Below are positions 12,271 to 27,434 of a DNA stretch of 64,000 nt, piece by piece (the first letter of the stretch is position 1; every line of letters begins with the position of its first letter). The notes under the pieces are model-generated. The model had not been told where the DNA came from, searched no databases, and saw only the letters and a list, made by a program, of their open reading frames with translations. This DNA is from an uncultured delta proteobacterium. GTDB lineage: Bacteria > Myxococcota > Myxococcia > Myxococcales > Anaeromyxobacteraceae. The position numbers and the translations under genes are program-made. The DNA is taken from the NCBI GenBank assembly GCA_963814585.1, contig CAWFDF010000012.1, positions 224,001-288,000 on the forward strand. Reading direction: 5' to 3'.

Positions 12271-12790
12271 GGGCCACAGCCGGCCATCGACGGCGTCGAA
12301 GGGATCGGCTTCGCCCGGGCGCCTGCTGGTCGGAGGAGTCGGCCGGGACCAACGGGCCCGGGACGGCCATCGCAAGGGGAAGCCTGTCGAGGTCTTCGCC
12401 TCGGAGCACTTCGTCGAGGCCTGGCAGCCCTGGTCCTGCGCCGGCGCCCCAATCTTCCGGCCCGGCGAGGAGACCCCGGTCGGGCTGGTCGACATCGCCG
12501 GCCCGTGGGAGGCGCACCACTCGCAGGCGCTGGTGATCGCCAAGGCGATCGCGAGGGCCATCGAGGAGCGCCTGGCGGTGGCGGCCAGTGTCCGCGACGA
12601 GGTGATCCGCTTCGCCTTCCGCGCCGCCCGCGGCCGCGAGGAGCCGCTGCTGGCGGTGGACGAGTCGGGGCGCATCCTCGCCAGCAACGGAGCCGCCTCC
12701 TCGCGCATCGGCCTCACCTCGGGGCGGCTCTGCCCGACCTTCGCGGCGAGGTGGAGAAGCTGGTGGCGGGAGGCGGCCGACGGCGCCAGA
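12271..12790 (+). pseudogene. Fragment of an AcoR-like GAF-domain regulator
   Basis: Across frames reads IGF..GACWSEESAGTNGPGTAIA..PVEVFASEHFVEAWQPWSCAGAPI..GLVDIAG; no start codon; two indels near 12318 and 12378. Confidence 0.7.
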
Positions 12791-13443
12791 TCGCCTGCGC
12801 GACCTCGCCTCACGCGGCGCTCACCTTCCGGTCGGCGCCGCCGCGGGCGACGCGCCGGCGCGTACCACTCGACCCCGAGGGCTCCGGGATCGATCGACGC
12901 CAACACCGGCTGGCCCACGGTCGTGGCGTCCCCGGCCCCCGGGGCCATCCGGAGCTGCAGCGGCGGCTCGCCCTCCCGCCAGGAGCGAAGACGACGGCCA
13001 GCCGGTGCCGGGCGCCGTCGAGGCAGAGAGCGTCCCGGGCTTGCCAGTCGCGGGTGGTGGCCTGGCGCCGCTCCGGGGCGCAGGCCTCGAGCGCCAGCGG
13101 GCGGGTCCGGGTCTTCTTCGACTTGCCGCTGCCCGCCAGCACTCGAGCCAGCAGTCCTTCGACAGGACGGTGCAGGTGGGCGGGCGGGCCGGCGCCTCGT
13201 CGAGCCCCAGGTTGGCGGCCCGCGCGACGTCGGAGGTGCAGCGTCAGAGCCGCCCAGGCCGACGAAGAGGCAGTCGGCGGTGAGCCAGCTGAGCCAGTCG
13301 GTCCCAGCGAAGCGCAGCCGGAGCGCCATGTACCAGGCCGACGCCACAGCGCCCCGAGGAGCGCCGAGCGAAGCCAGAGGCCCGGCCGGGTCGGCGATGA
13401 CCACCTCGCGGTCGACGACACGGGGCGGCAGCGCCATGGCCGC

Positions 13444-14925
<1,482 letters not shown>

Positions 14926-15099
14926 GGCACCTCGCGCGAGCGCGGCGTCACCGACCTCCACCTCGCCGGCCAGGCCGACGGCCTTGAGGAGGCCGAGGTA
15001 CCAGCGCTCACGCACCACCAGGAGCGGGAGGCGCCCGGGAGCTCCAGGGGCCGAGCGGCCCGCCGACGCAGCGCCGTCCCGGCTCCCTTCCGCGTCGGG

Positions 15100-15602
15100 C
15101 CGGGACGGGCCCGGGGACCGGCCCGGGCCGCCACCTCGTGGATGGAGTCCCGGGTGACGTAGGCCGTGCCGTGGAAGAGCGCCACCTTGGCTCCCGCGGC
15201 GTCCCGCACCTCCACCTCGACGCGGGAGAGGCGGGCCGAGCGGGAGACCTCGACCGCAGTGGCCGTCAGCGTGCCGCTGGTGGTGGCGGCCAGGAAGGAG
15301 ATGGAGACGTCGATGGCCAGGGCCACCGGCCCGCGGGTGTTGCAGGCCACCGCGAAGGCGAAGTCGGCCAGGGTGAAGACCGCGCCACCCTGGGCGACGT
15401 CCACCCCGTTCATGTGGGCATTCCCGAGCGTCATGCGGGCCACGGCGCGCCCCGGGCCGCAGTCGACCAGCCGGATGCCGGCCCCGGCCGCGAAGCGGTC
15501 GCGGCGGAAGAAGCGGCGGAGGAAGGCGGGCGTGGGCGCGGCCGGCCTGGGGGCGTCGGCAGGAGGCTGGCGACTCCTCGGTGCGGGTCTGGGCTTTGAC
15601 AT
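15100..15602 (-). CDS. PaaI-family hotdog thioesterase (3' end uncertain)
   Basis: [42 protein letters not shown]; no stop at the expected position, ORF reads on to 14721. Confidence 0.8.
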
Positions 15603-15866
15603 GGGTGAGATCGCTCCGCACCGAACGGCGTGACAGGCTCGAGCAGGATCGTCGCTGGAATCGAAGCTGGCACGGCGCCCGGATTCTCCGCAAGGTGGAT
15701 CTCGCCTGTCGCCGGGGAGCACGGCAGCCGTCGACCCCGGAGCACCCCCAGCCGTCCCCCGTGAGCGCCCAGGGATGCCCGCTCCTCGGGGGCCACCTGG
15801 CCCGGTGGCGGCTCACCACGGTGCGGGAGTATCTTCCCGCCGCTACTCGACCCCGCGAGGCCAGGC

Positions 15867-17498
<1,632 letters not shown>

Positions 17499-17596
17499 TC
17501 GCGCTCCACGGTAACCGTGGACGAAAGCGCCGGCCGGCGTTACCTTCCGCCTCCGGTCGGGCCCTGCCCGCCGTTCACCCTCGCACTGGAGTCCTC

Positions 17597-18184
17597 ATGC
17601 TTCGCTCGCTCGCTCGCCTCACCACCCTGCTCGCCGTGCTGGCCGTCGCCTCCCCCGCGCTCGCCCAGGACAAGGGGCAGGCCGCGCCGGCCTCCTCCCG
17701 GCTCTCCGTCGGCATCTCGGTCACCGCCCTCGACCTGACCGCTGCCGAGGTGAACTCGCCAGTCCCGTCGGCCGCCGACATCCTGGTCGGCTTCGACCTC
17801 GGGCAGTTCCGGCTCGAGCCCTCGCTGGGCATCAACCGCTACTCGATCGACGGCGGCCCCAAGGGCAGCGCCTTCAACCTCGGCTGCGGGCTGCTCATCC
17901 CCATCAAGCAGGGGAAGTCGGTGTCGATCTACGCGGCCCCCCGCCTCTTCCTCGGGTTCGTCTCCGCCGAGAACGGGGCCAGCTTCTCGGACTCCGGCAT
18001 CGACCTCACCCTCGCCGGCGCCCTCGGGGCCGAGTGGTTCGCGGACCCCCACTTCTCCATCGGCGCCGAGGCCCGGCTCAGCTACGTGATCCTCAGCGAC
18101 CTGAGCGACGCCGGCGTGATCCTCCGCGACAACGCCTCGATCTTCGCCACCAGCGGCCACGTCTTCTTCCGCTTCTACCTGTAG
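17597..18184 (+). CDS. Small outer-membrane beta-barrel protein
   Basis: Signal peptide ending ALA-Q, alternating amphipathic strands, C-terminal FFRFYL. Confidence 0.75.
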   Translation: MLRSLARLTTLLAVLAVASPALAQDKGQAAPASSRLSVGISVTALDLTAAEVNSPVPSAADILVGFDLGQFRLEPSLGINRYSIDGGPKGSAFNLGCGLLIPIKQGKSVSIYAAPRLFLGFVSAENGASFSDSGIDLTLAGALGAEWFADPHFSIGAEARLSYVILSDLSDAGVILRDNASIFATSGHVFFRFYL

Positions 18185-18247
18185 CGTCCGCGCGCGCCCG
18201 GGGCGCACCTTGCCGGACGCCCCGGGACGCGCTACGCAACGCTGCCG

Positions 18248-20221
<1,974 letters not shown>

Positions 20222-20244
20222 GCGAGGGGCGCCGTGAACGCGAG

Positions 20245-20280
20245 CGCGCCGCCGTCCACGCGAGGTGGAGCGGCGGCGCG
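20245..20280. terminator. GC-rich hairpin between convergent ABC-F and tpx
   Basis: CGCGCCGCCG-TCCAC / GTGGA-G-CGGCGGCGCG stem; no U tract. Confidence 0.5.
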
Positions 20281-20303
20281 GGACGGGGCGCTGCGGCGGC
20301 GGC

Positions 20304-20801
20304 CTACTTGAGCGCGGCCAGCGCCTTCTCGTAGTTCGGCTCCGACCGGTGCTCGGCGACCAGCTCGGTGTAGATGACCTTGTCGTTCTCGTCGAGGATC
20401 ACCACGGAGCGCGCCGTCAGGCCCGCGATGGCAGTATCGAGGATGGTCACCCCCCAGTCCTTGCCGAAGCTGGAGCGGAAGGTGGAGAGCGGCGTGACGT
20501 TGGTCAGACCCTCGGCGGTGCAGAAGCGCTTGGCGGCGAAGGGGAGGTCGGCCGAGACGTTCAGGACCACCACGTTCGGCAAGGAGGCCGCCTCCTTGTT
20601 GAACCGGCGCGCCGAGGTCGCGCAGATGCCGGTGTCGAGGGAGGGCGTGATGTTGAACACCTTCTTCTTGCCCTTGAAGTCGGCCAGGGAGACCTCCTTC
20701 AGGTCGCCGGTGGTGAGCTTGAAGTCGGGCGCCTTCGACCCGACCGCCGGCAGATCGCCGATGGTGTGGAGGGGGTTGCCGCCGATCGTCTGGTTGGCCA
20801 T
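20304..20801 (-). CDS. tpx: Thiol peroxidase (Tpx, atypical 2-Cys)
   Basis: [30 protein letters not shown]. Confidence 0.95.
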   Translation of the reverse strand: MANQTIGGNPLHTIGDLPAVGSKAPDFKLTTGDLKEVSLADFKGKKKVFNITPSLDTGICATSARRFNKEAASLPNVVVLNVSADLPFAAKRFCTAEGLTNVTPLSTFRSSFGKDWGVTILDTAIAGLTARSVVILDENDKVIYTELVAEHRSEPNYEKALAALK

Positions 20802-20954
20802 GTTGACGTCTCTCCTGGTTCAGGTGGTCTCAAGAAGGGTTGGTCTGGGCTCCGAGTCTTGTGCCGATCGGCCAAGGGATTCGAGAGCCCTCGCGGGTAC
20901 ATACCGACGGAGCAACCCCGGCGCCACAGAATGTCACGCCCGGTCACGCCCGCG

Positions 20955-23075
20955 TCAGGCCGGCCGCAGCGAAGCCAGCAGCGGCGAGGGGGTCCCGGTG
21001 GCGGCGATCCAGAGCTGGTGGGCGGTCCGCGTCACCGCCACGTGGAGCCGGCGCCTCGCCTCCGGCTCGTCCGGGTAGGCCCGCGCCGAGGCGTCGGGGA
21101 TGACCACGTAGTCGAACTCGAGCCCCTTGACGCTGGCCACGTCGGTGACGTCGACCCCGGGCCGGAAGCTGAAGGCGCCGTCGAGCGCCAGGCGCGCCTC
21201 GGGCAGGTCGGCCAGCAGCTGGTGGAAGCCGCGGGCGGTCTCGGCCGACGACGCCACCACCGCCACCGAGGCCTGCGGCTCGCGCTCCAGCAGCTCGCGG
21301 ACGGCCCCGCTGAGGAAGAGCTGGGCGTGGGCCTCGCCGGGGAAGTCGAAGCGGACCACGGGCGCGCCGCCCTTGCCGGCGATCGGCGGCTCGGGCGGCG
21401 CCAGCGGGCCGAGGACCAGGTGCGCCAGCTCGGCCACCGGGGCCGGGCAGCGGTAGGTGGTGGCGAGCCGGACGGTGGCGGCGTGCGGGGCCCCGACCGC
21501 CTCCAGCGCCTGCTCCCAGCCGGCGTAGGAGCTGAAGGTCTGCTGGGCCTCGTCGCCGGCGATGGTGATGCTGCGCTCCCCCTGGAGGTGGCTGCCGAGC
21601 ACCGCCAGCTCCACCAGCGAGACGTCCTCGGCCTCGTCGACCACCAGGTGCGAGAGCCGGCGCGCCCCGCTGCCGCCGCGGCGAGCGGCCAGGAAGACCA
21701 GCAGCGGGAGGTCCTCGGCGTCGAGCGTGCCGGCCAGCGACTCGGGCGTGTCCTCGTCCACCGCCAGCCCGTCGATGGTGGCGAGCCGCTCCGGGTCGAT
21801 GCCGGCCAGCGCCAGCGCCGCCGGCTCGGCCAGCTGCAGCCGGGTGTGCCGGACCACCTCCTCGATGGCGGTGGTCGGCAGGTCGCCCCGGGCCTGCTCC
21901 ACCACCCCGGCCACGAACTTCGGGTCGACCAGCAGGTCGCCGAGATCGCGCCGCAGCCCGCGCAGCGTCACCGGGCCGGCCGGTCGCGGCCGCGACGAGA
22001 GCTGCTGGTGGAGCGCCGGGTGGCGCTTCAGGCGGGAGACCAGCGCCGGCGGCTCGGTGCAGAGCCGCGGCGGCGGCACGCCGAAGGCCGACTGGAAGGT
22101 GGCGCGAGCCCAGTCGTCGAGCGTCTTGACCGCCACCTTGTCGAGCCCGAGCGGCGCCAGCAGCCGGCTCGCCAGGCGCGCCAGCCCGGGTTCCGGGACC
22201 ACCACCTGGATGCGCGAGGCCGGGTAGCGGCGCGGGTCGGCGGCGGCGATGCGCGCCAGGCGGTGGAGCGCGACCGTGGTCTTGCCGCTGCCGGCGCTGC
22301 CCAGCACCAGCAGCGGTTCGGAAGGCGGGGCGCTCACCGCCTCCCACTGCTCGCGGTCGAGCAGCGCCGTCACCTCGGCGTCGGCCGGCCGGCCTCGCGC
22401 CCCGACCCCCACGCCCAGCACCCCGGCCCGCGCCGCGGTCCCGGCGCCGCCCCCCAGGCGCGCCCCCGAGATCGAGGCCCGCCTCCAGCCCTCGGGGCCA
22501 CGCACCAGCGCCGTCGTCCCGGCGCTGATCCGGACCAGCCGGCCGCGGTCGATCACCACCACCCGTCGCGCCTCCACCACGCCACGCGCCAGCCGGCCCG
22601 GGAACGGCTCCTCGTACTCCTCGCCGTCCCGGTAGCGGTAGAACAGTCCGGCCACCGGCGCCGCCCGCCAGTCGACCACCCGCACGCCCGACTCACGCTC
22701 GAAGAAGGTGGATCGCCCCAGGCAGTAGTCGCGTACCTCCTTCCCCTCGCGGAGGCGCAGGTGGGCGAAGTAGGGCGCGGCCGGATCCGGGGCGGCCCCC
22801 CCGCGGCTTCGCTCCATCACCGCCCGGACCAGCCCCATCTCCTGGAAGACCGTGGGGAGGTCCTTGGCGGTCAGCTCCTGCGCCTCCTCGCGAAGCTCAC
22901 GCAGCCGCCCTTCCAGCTCGACGCCGTCGTCGTGCCTGGCCCGGCGGGCCGAGAGCGCCGCGTGGACCGCGGCCAGGAGCGCCTCCTCCTCGGCGACGAG
23001 CCGGCGCTCGGCCGGCGTGAGGGCGCCGGACCCGGCTTCCGCGGCGGTGGGGGTGGACGGGCGCAAGGTCGCCAA
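20955..23075 (-). CDS. HelD-like SF1/UvrD-family ATPase
   Basis: N-terminal PYFAHL...VVDWRAAPVA..FY (HelD-like), GSAGSGKTT, VVDEAED, GDEAQQ, YRCP, KGLEFD, HVAVTR; start uncertain. Confidence 0.78.
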   Translation of the reverse strand: MATLRPSTPTAAEAGSGALTPAERRLVAEEEALLAAVHAALSARRARHDDGVELEGRLRELREEAQELTAKDLPTVFQEMGLVRAVMERSRGGAAPDPAAPYFAHLRLREGKEVRDYCLGRSTFFERESGVRVVDWRAAPVAGLFYRYRDGEEYEEPFPGRLARGVVEARRVVVIDRGRLVRISAGTTALVRGPEGWRRASISGARLGGGAGTAARAGVLGVGVGARGRPADAEVTALLDREQWEAVSAPPSEPLLVLGSAGSGKTTVALHRLARIAAADPRRYPASRIQVVVPEPGLARLASRLLAPLGLDKVAVKTLDDWARATFQSAFGVPPPRLCTEPPALVSRLKRHPALHQQLSSRPRPAGPVTLRGLRRDLGDLLVDPKFVAGVVEQARGDLPTTAIEEVVRHTRLQLAEPAALALAGIDPERLATIDGLAVDEDTPESLAGTLDAEDLPLLVFLAARRGGSGARRLSHLVVDEAEDVSLVELAVLGSHLQGERSITIAGDEAQQTFSSYAGWEQALEAVGAPHAATVRLATTYRCPAPVAELAHLVLGPLAPPEPPIAGKGGAPVVRFDFPGEAHAQLFLSGAVRELLEREPQASVAVVASSAETARGFHQLLADLPEARLALDGAFSFRPGVDVTDVASVKGLEFDYVVIPDASARAYPDEPEARRRLHVAVTRTAHQLWIAATGTPSPLLASLRPA

Positions 23076-23155
23076 GTGTAGGCCAGCCCACCCCGCCGCG
23101 CACGGCGGCCGCTTCTCCCTCGACGGGGCGTCGCGGCCGTGCGACCACCTTGAGG

Positions 23156-24383
23156 ATGCGCTGGATCGTCGCGGCCGCCGGCACCGCCCTGATGGGGGTC
23201 CTGGGAACCGTCTACAGCTGGAGCCTCTATGCCCGGCCGCTGGGGCAGGCCTTCGGCTGGTCGGCCCGGACCACCACCGGCGCCTTCTCGACCGCCATCT
23301 TCTTCCTCGGCGTGGGCGCCATCGTCGGGGGGAGGCTGCAGGACCGGCTCGGTCCCCGGCGGGTGGCGCTGGCCGGAGCCGCCCTCTGGGCGATCGGCAA
23401 CGTGGCGGCCGGGCTCGGCACGGCGCGGCTCGGCGCGCCCTGGCTCTACGTCACCTATGGCGTCGTCGGCGGGCTCGGCCTGGGGCTCGCCTACGTGACG
23501 CCGGTGGCGGCCGTCGCCAAGTGGTTCGGTCCTCGCCGGGGCCTCGGCACCGGCCTGGTGGTGATGGGGTTCGGGCTCGGCGCCTTCGTCTACAACCTGG
23601 CGATGCGGGCGCTCGGACCGATGGTGGACGCCTCCGCCATCGGCACCCGCTTCGCGGCGTCGGGGCTGGTCTTCGGCGCGGTGGGGCTGCTCGCCGCCGC
23701 GCTGCTGCGCGATCCTCCGGCCTCCACGGCGGCCGGGGCGGCCGCCGGCCCCGCCGGCGCCGGGGGCTGGCCGCCGTCCCGCGCCCTCCGCACCCCGCAG
23801 CTCTGGGCGCTCTGGGCCATGCTCTTCCTCAACGTCACGGCCGGCATCCTCTTCATCTCCAGCGCCGTGCCGCTGCTCCGGGAGCTGACCGGCATCTCCG
23901 AGGACCAGGCCGTGGCCGTCTACGGGGCCATCGCGGTGGCCAACGGGCTGGGGCGCTTCTTCTGGGGGGCGATCTCCGGATCGGATCGGGCGGCGGCTCG
24001 CCTTCGCGCTCATCTACGGCGTGCAGGCCGTGGTCTTCGCGCTGGTCGGCGGCGTCCACGCCCTGCCCGCGGTGACCGCCCTCTTCGCGCTGGTGCTCCT
24101 CTGCTACGGCGGCGGCTTCGGGACCATGCCGTCGCTCTGCGCCGACTGGTTCGGCACCCGGCACCTCGGCGTCAACTACGGGTGGATCCTCTCGGCGTGG
24201 GGGGTGGCCGGCGTGGCCGGGCCGGGCTTCGTGGCCGCGGTGAAGGACCTGACCGGCTCCTACCTGGGGGCGCTGCCGGTGATGGCGGCGGTGCTGGCGC
24301 TGGCGGTGGCGCTGCCGGTGGTGGCGCGGCCCCCAGGCCCCATGCGGGACGAGGCGCAACGGCCTCCCCCTCCCGTGCGCTAG
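23156..24383 (+). CDS. MFS transporter, oxalate:formate antiporter (OFA) family; one frameshift at ~23978
   Basis: G.VYSWS, GRLQDRLGPR, KWF...RGL.TG, NGLGRFFWG.IS(DRIGR), YGGGFGTMP...D.FG. Confidence 0.85.
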
Positions 24384-24408
24384 GATGGGGCCTCACGGAG
24401 GGATCCAC

Positions 24409-24996
24409 ATGAAGACGCCCGCCGCCGTCCTCGCCGTCGCCCTCGCGCTGCTCGCCGCCCCGGCCGCCCGCGCCCAGCCGGTCTCGGCGCGCTCCGGGCC
24501 GGACACCTACCTCCAGTTCAACCTGGGCGCGTTCCTGCCTCAGGCCAGCGACATCGACCGGCTCGACCCGGGCGTCGCGCTGTCCGGCACGTTCGGGGCG
24601 ATGTTCACGCCCAACGTCGGAGCCGAGGCGAGCGTGGGGTACTACCGCGCCGCCGCCACCGTGAACACGGTCCCGAGCGTCGACACCGCGCTGGGCGTCG
24701 TGCCGGTGCTGGTGAGCCTGCGGCTGGTGGCGCCCTTCAAGGCCATGGAGCTCTCGGCGCGAGCCGGCGCCGGCATCCACTTCGCGTCGCTCTACTCCAC
24801 CGCCACCATCGCCAGCGCCTACGACACCACCACCGCCTTCGGCTGGCAGCTGGGCGCCGGGGCGGCCTTCAAGCTCTCGCCCACCATGCTGGTGGGCCTG
24901 GACGTCCTGGGGACCTTCGCCGAGGCGAAGTTCAGCGGGATCAGCACCGGCCTCGACGGGATCACCGTCGCGGTGACGCTTGGTTACAGGCTCTAG
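24409..24996 (+). CDS. Small outer-membrane beta-barrel protein (OmpW/OmpA-barrel-like)
   Basis: RBS GGAGG, signal peptide ending ARA-Q, amphipathic strands, C-terminal LGYRL. Confidence 0.78.
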   Translation: MKTPAAVLAVALALLAAPAARAQPVSARSGPDTYLQFNLGAFLPQASDIDRLDPGVALSGTFGAMFTPNVGAEASVGYYRAAATVNTVPSVDTALGVVPVLVSLRLVAPFKAMELSARAGAGIHFASLYSTATIASAYDTTTAFGWQLGAGAAFKLSPTMLVGLDVLGTFAEAKFSGISTGLDGITVAVTLGYRL

Positions 24997-25007
24997 TGAG
25001 GTACGTC

Positions 25008-25976
25008 ATGCGAACCACGATCGTCGCGGGAGGCGTGGCGGCCCTGCTGACCGCCTGCGCCACCCCCTCGCAGCGCCCCACCACGGTGGAGTCGCCGGTG
25101 CCCCAGCAGGCCCAGGTGGCCGCGCAGCAGGCGCGCCAGGTGCCGGCGGCCCCCCGCTACAAGCGCAAGGTCGCCATCGGCCGCTTCACCAACGAGACCA
25201 ACTACGGCCGCTCGCTCCTCAACGACGCCGAGCTCGACCGCATCGGCAAGCAGGCCTCCGACATGCTGGCCTCGCGCCTGGTCATGTCCGGCCAGTTCAT
25301 CGTCCTGGAGCGCCCCGATCTCACCAAGGTGCAGCGCGAGCAGGCGCTCGGCGGCGCCGCCGGCCTGGTGGGCGCCGACACGCTCATCATGGGCTCGGTC
25401 ACCGAGTTCGGCCGCTCCATCGGCGGCAAGACCGGCTTCCTCTCCAGCACCAAGGAGCAGATCGCCAAGGCCAAGGTGGACGTGCGGCTGGTGGACACCA
25501 AGACCGGGCAGGCCTACTTCGCGGCCAACGGCGCCGGCGAGGCGCGCACCGAGGTCGGCGAGGTGGCCGGCTTCGGCAGCCGCTCCGAGTACGACGCCAC
25601 GCTCAACGACCGCGCCATCGCCGCCTCCATCTCCGACGTCATCGATCGCCTGGTCTCCAGGCTCGGCGACCGGCCCTGGCGCACCGACATCCTCGAGGTC
25701 CAGGGCCAGCAGGTCTTCATCAGCGGCGGCCGGAGCCAGGGCCTGAAGGCCGGCGACGAGCTGGCGGTCATGGAGTTCGGCCAGACCGTGAAGAGCGCCC
25801 AGTCCGGCTTCGACGTGACGCTGCCGCCCCGGCAGGTCGCGCTGCTGCGAGTCGCCTCGACGTTCGGCGACACCGAGACCAACGAGGGCGCCATCTGCGA
25901 CGTCACCTCGGGCACCGTCGACCGCGCCGCGGTCGGCAAGCTCTTCGTCGCCGAGAGGAAGGCAGGCCAGCCATGA
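25008..25976 (+). CDS. CsgG/HfaB-family lipoprotein
   Basis: Lipobox LTAC; KRKVAIGRF.NET, F.VLER, GAD.LI.GSVTEFG, KVDVRLVD.KTG; FlgT-like C-terminal extension. Confidence 0.8.
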   Translation: MRTTIVAGGVAALLTACATPSQRPTTVESPVPQQAQVAAQQARQVPAAPRYKRKVAIGRFTNETNYGRSLLNDAELDRIGKQASDMLASRLVMSGQFIVLERPDLTKVQREQALGGAAGLVGADTLIMGSVTEFGRSIGGKTGFLSSTKEQIAKAKVDVRLVDTKTGQAYFAANGAGEARTEVGEVAGFGSRSEYDATLNDRAIAASISDVIDRLVSRLGDRPWRTDILEVQGQQVFISGGRSQGLKAGDELAVMEFGQTVKSAQSGFDVTLPPRQVALLRVASTFGDTETNEGAICDVTSGTVDRAAVGKLFVAERKAGQP

Positions 25977-26269
25977 GGAAGCTCACCCTCGCCGCAGCCG
26001 TGGCCCTGGCCGCCTGCGCCGGACCGACCACCACCGTCACCACGGTGGACACCCGCCCGGCCCTGGCCATCTCCGGCGCGGCCTCCGGACTGACGCTGTT
26101 CGTGGACGGGGCCCCGGTCGGCGACCCCCGCCTCTACGACGGCAACCCCAACATCCTCCGCGTCGAGGCCGGCACCCATGACGTCGAGCTGCGCGACGGC
26201 GCCGGCGCGGTGGTCTTCCGGCAGCGGGTCTTCGTGGAGAGCGAGCTCAAGACCGTGGTGGTGCACTGA
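25973..26269 (+). CDS. Small lipoprotein with a PEGA-like beta domain
   Basis: Lipobox LAAC; L.VDG..VG...VEAGTHDVEL; ATGA and TGATG overlaps with neighbours. Confidence 0.7.
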   Translation: MRKLTLAAAVALAACAGPTTTVTTVDTRPALAISGAASGLTLFVDGAPVGDPRLYDGNPNILRVEAGTHDVELRDGAGAVVFRQRVFVESELKTVVVH

Positions 26270-26667
26270 TGGCGGTCGGCCGCAGCGTGGCGCCCCTGGC
26301 GCTGGCGCTCGCGGCCGGCGCCTGCGTCCCGTCCTCCCACTACCACTGGGGCGGCTACAACGAGTACCTCTACGCCCACTACCGTGCGCCGCAGGAGCGC
26401 GAGGCCTGGATCGAGGGGCTCAAGACCACCATCCTCGACGCCGAGCAGCAGGACGAGAAGGTGCCTCCGGGCGTCTACGCCGAGTACGGCTATGCGCTGT
26501 TCGAGGAGGGGAACACCGCCCAGGCCATCGTCTACTACCGGAAGGAGCAGGCGCTCTGGCCCGAGTCGCGCTTCCTGATGGAGAAGCTGGTCCGCAATGC
26601 CGAGCAGCGGGGGCGCCAGCCGAGGCCGCCCACCGAGGGGCCGGCCGGCGCGCTGGAGAAGTCGTGA
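26269..26667 (+). CDS. DUF4810-like lipoprotein
   Basis: Lipobox AGAC; Y.WGGY...LY, KVPPG.YAEYG, E..LWPES. Confidence 0.8.
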   Translation: MAVGRSVAPLALALAAGACVPSSHYHWGGYNEYLYAHYRAPQEREAWIEGLKTTILDAEQQDEKVPPGVYAEYGYALFEEGNTAQAIVYYRKEQALWPESRFLMEKLVRNAEQRGRQPRPPTEGPAGALEKS

Positions 26668-27350
26668 TCACCCCGGCCCGCCTGCACCTCGCCGGAGCGC
26701 TGGCCGCCCTGCTGGCCGGGTGCGTGACCGTCCCCACGCCGGACTACTCGAAGTTCCTGGCGGCCTCGCCGCGCTCCATCCTGGTGGTCCCGGTGGTGAA
26801 CAACACCGTCAACGTCGAGGCGGCCAACTACTTCCTCTCCACCATCCCGGTCCCGCTGGCGGAGCGCGGCTACTACGTCTTCCCGGTGAACCTGGTGAAG
26901 CGGCTGCTCGAGGACGACGGCCTCTCCGACGCCTCCCTGGTCCACGCCGCCGATCCGGTCCGCCTGGCCGCCCTCTTCGGCGCCGACTCGGTGCTCTACG
27001 TCACCGTCCAGCGCTGGGAGGCCCAGTACATCGTCGTCTCGACCACCGTCACGGTCGAGTTCACCTACCTCATCAAGGACGGGAAGACCGGCGACACGCT
27101 CTGGGAAGACCACCGGATCTCCACCTACTCGTCCGGCTCGGGGGGCGGGCAAGGCGGGGCGGCGAGCCTCATCGCCGCGATCGTGAACGCCGCGGTGACC
27201 AAGGCGTCGCCCAACTACATGCCGCTGGCCCGCCAGGCCAACGACCAGGCCATGGGGCCGCACGGCCGCGGGTTCCCGGTCGGGCCCTACCGGGCCGAGT
27301 ACGGCAAGGACTACCCGCGCCCGGCCCCGGCGCCCTCGGCACCACCCTGA
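26664..27350 (+). CDS. DUF799/GNA1162-like lipoprotein
   Basis: Lipobox LAGC; PRSILVVP.VN, PLAERGYYVFPV, FGADSVLYV, TG..LW, GPY. Confidence 0.82.
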   Translation: MITPARLHLAGALAALLAGCVTVPTPDYSKFLAASPRSILVVPVVNNTVNVEAANYFLSTIPVPLAERGYYVFPVNLVKRLLEDDGLSDASLVHAADPVRLAALFGADSVLYVTVQRWEAQYIVVSTTVTVEFTYLIKDGKTGDTLWEDHRISTYSSGSGGGQGGAASLIAAIVNAAVTKASPNYMPLARQANDQAMGPHGRGFPVGPYRAEYGKDYPRPAPAPSAPP

Positions 27351-27364
27351 GCCGGAGCGCCGGA

Positions 27365-27398
27365 CGGGGCGGAGGGGCCATCCTCGGCTCCCGCCCCG
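27365..27398. terminator. Hairpin between convergent lipoprotein and hydrogenase operons
   Basis: CGGGGCGG...CCGCCCCG stem. Confidence 0.4.
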
Positions 27399-27434
27399 CC
27401 TGGCCAGTCCGCCCGGGAGGGCGGCGCCGTCGCT

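Noticed and set aside
15668..15684. TGGCACG upstream of pruA as a sigma54 site
   Set aside because: No TTGC or GC at the -12 position
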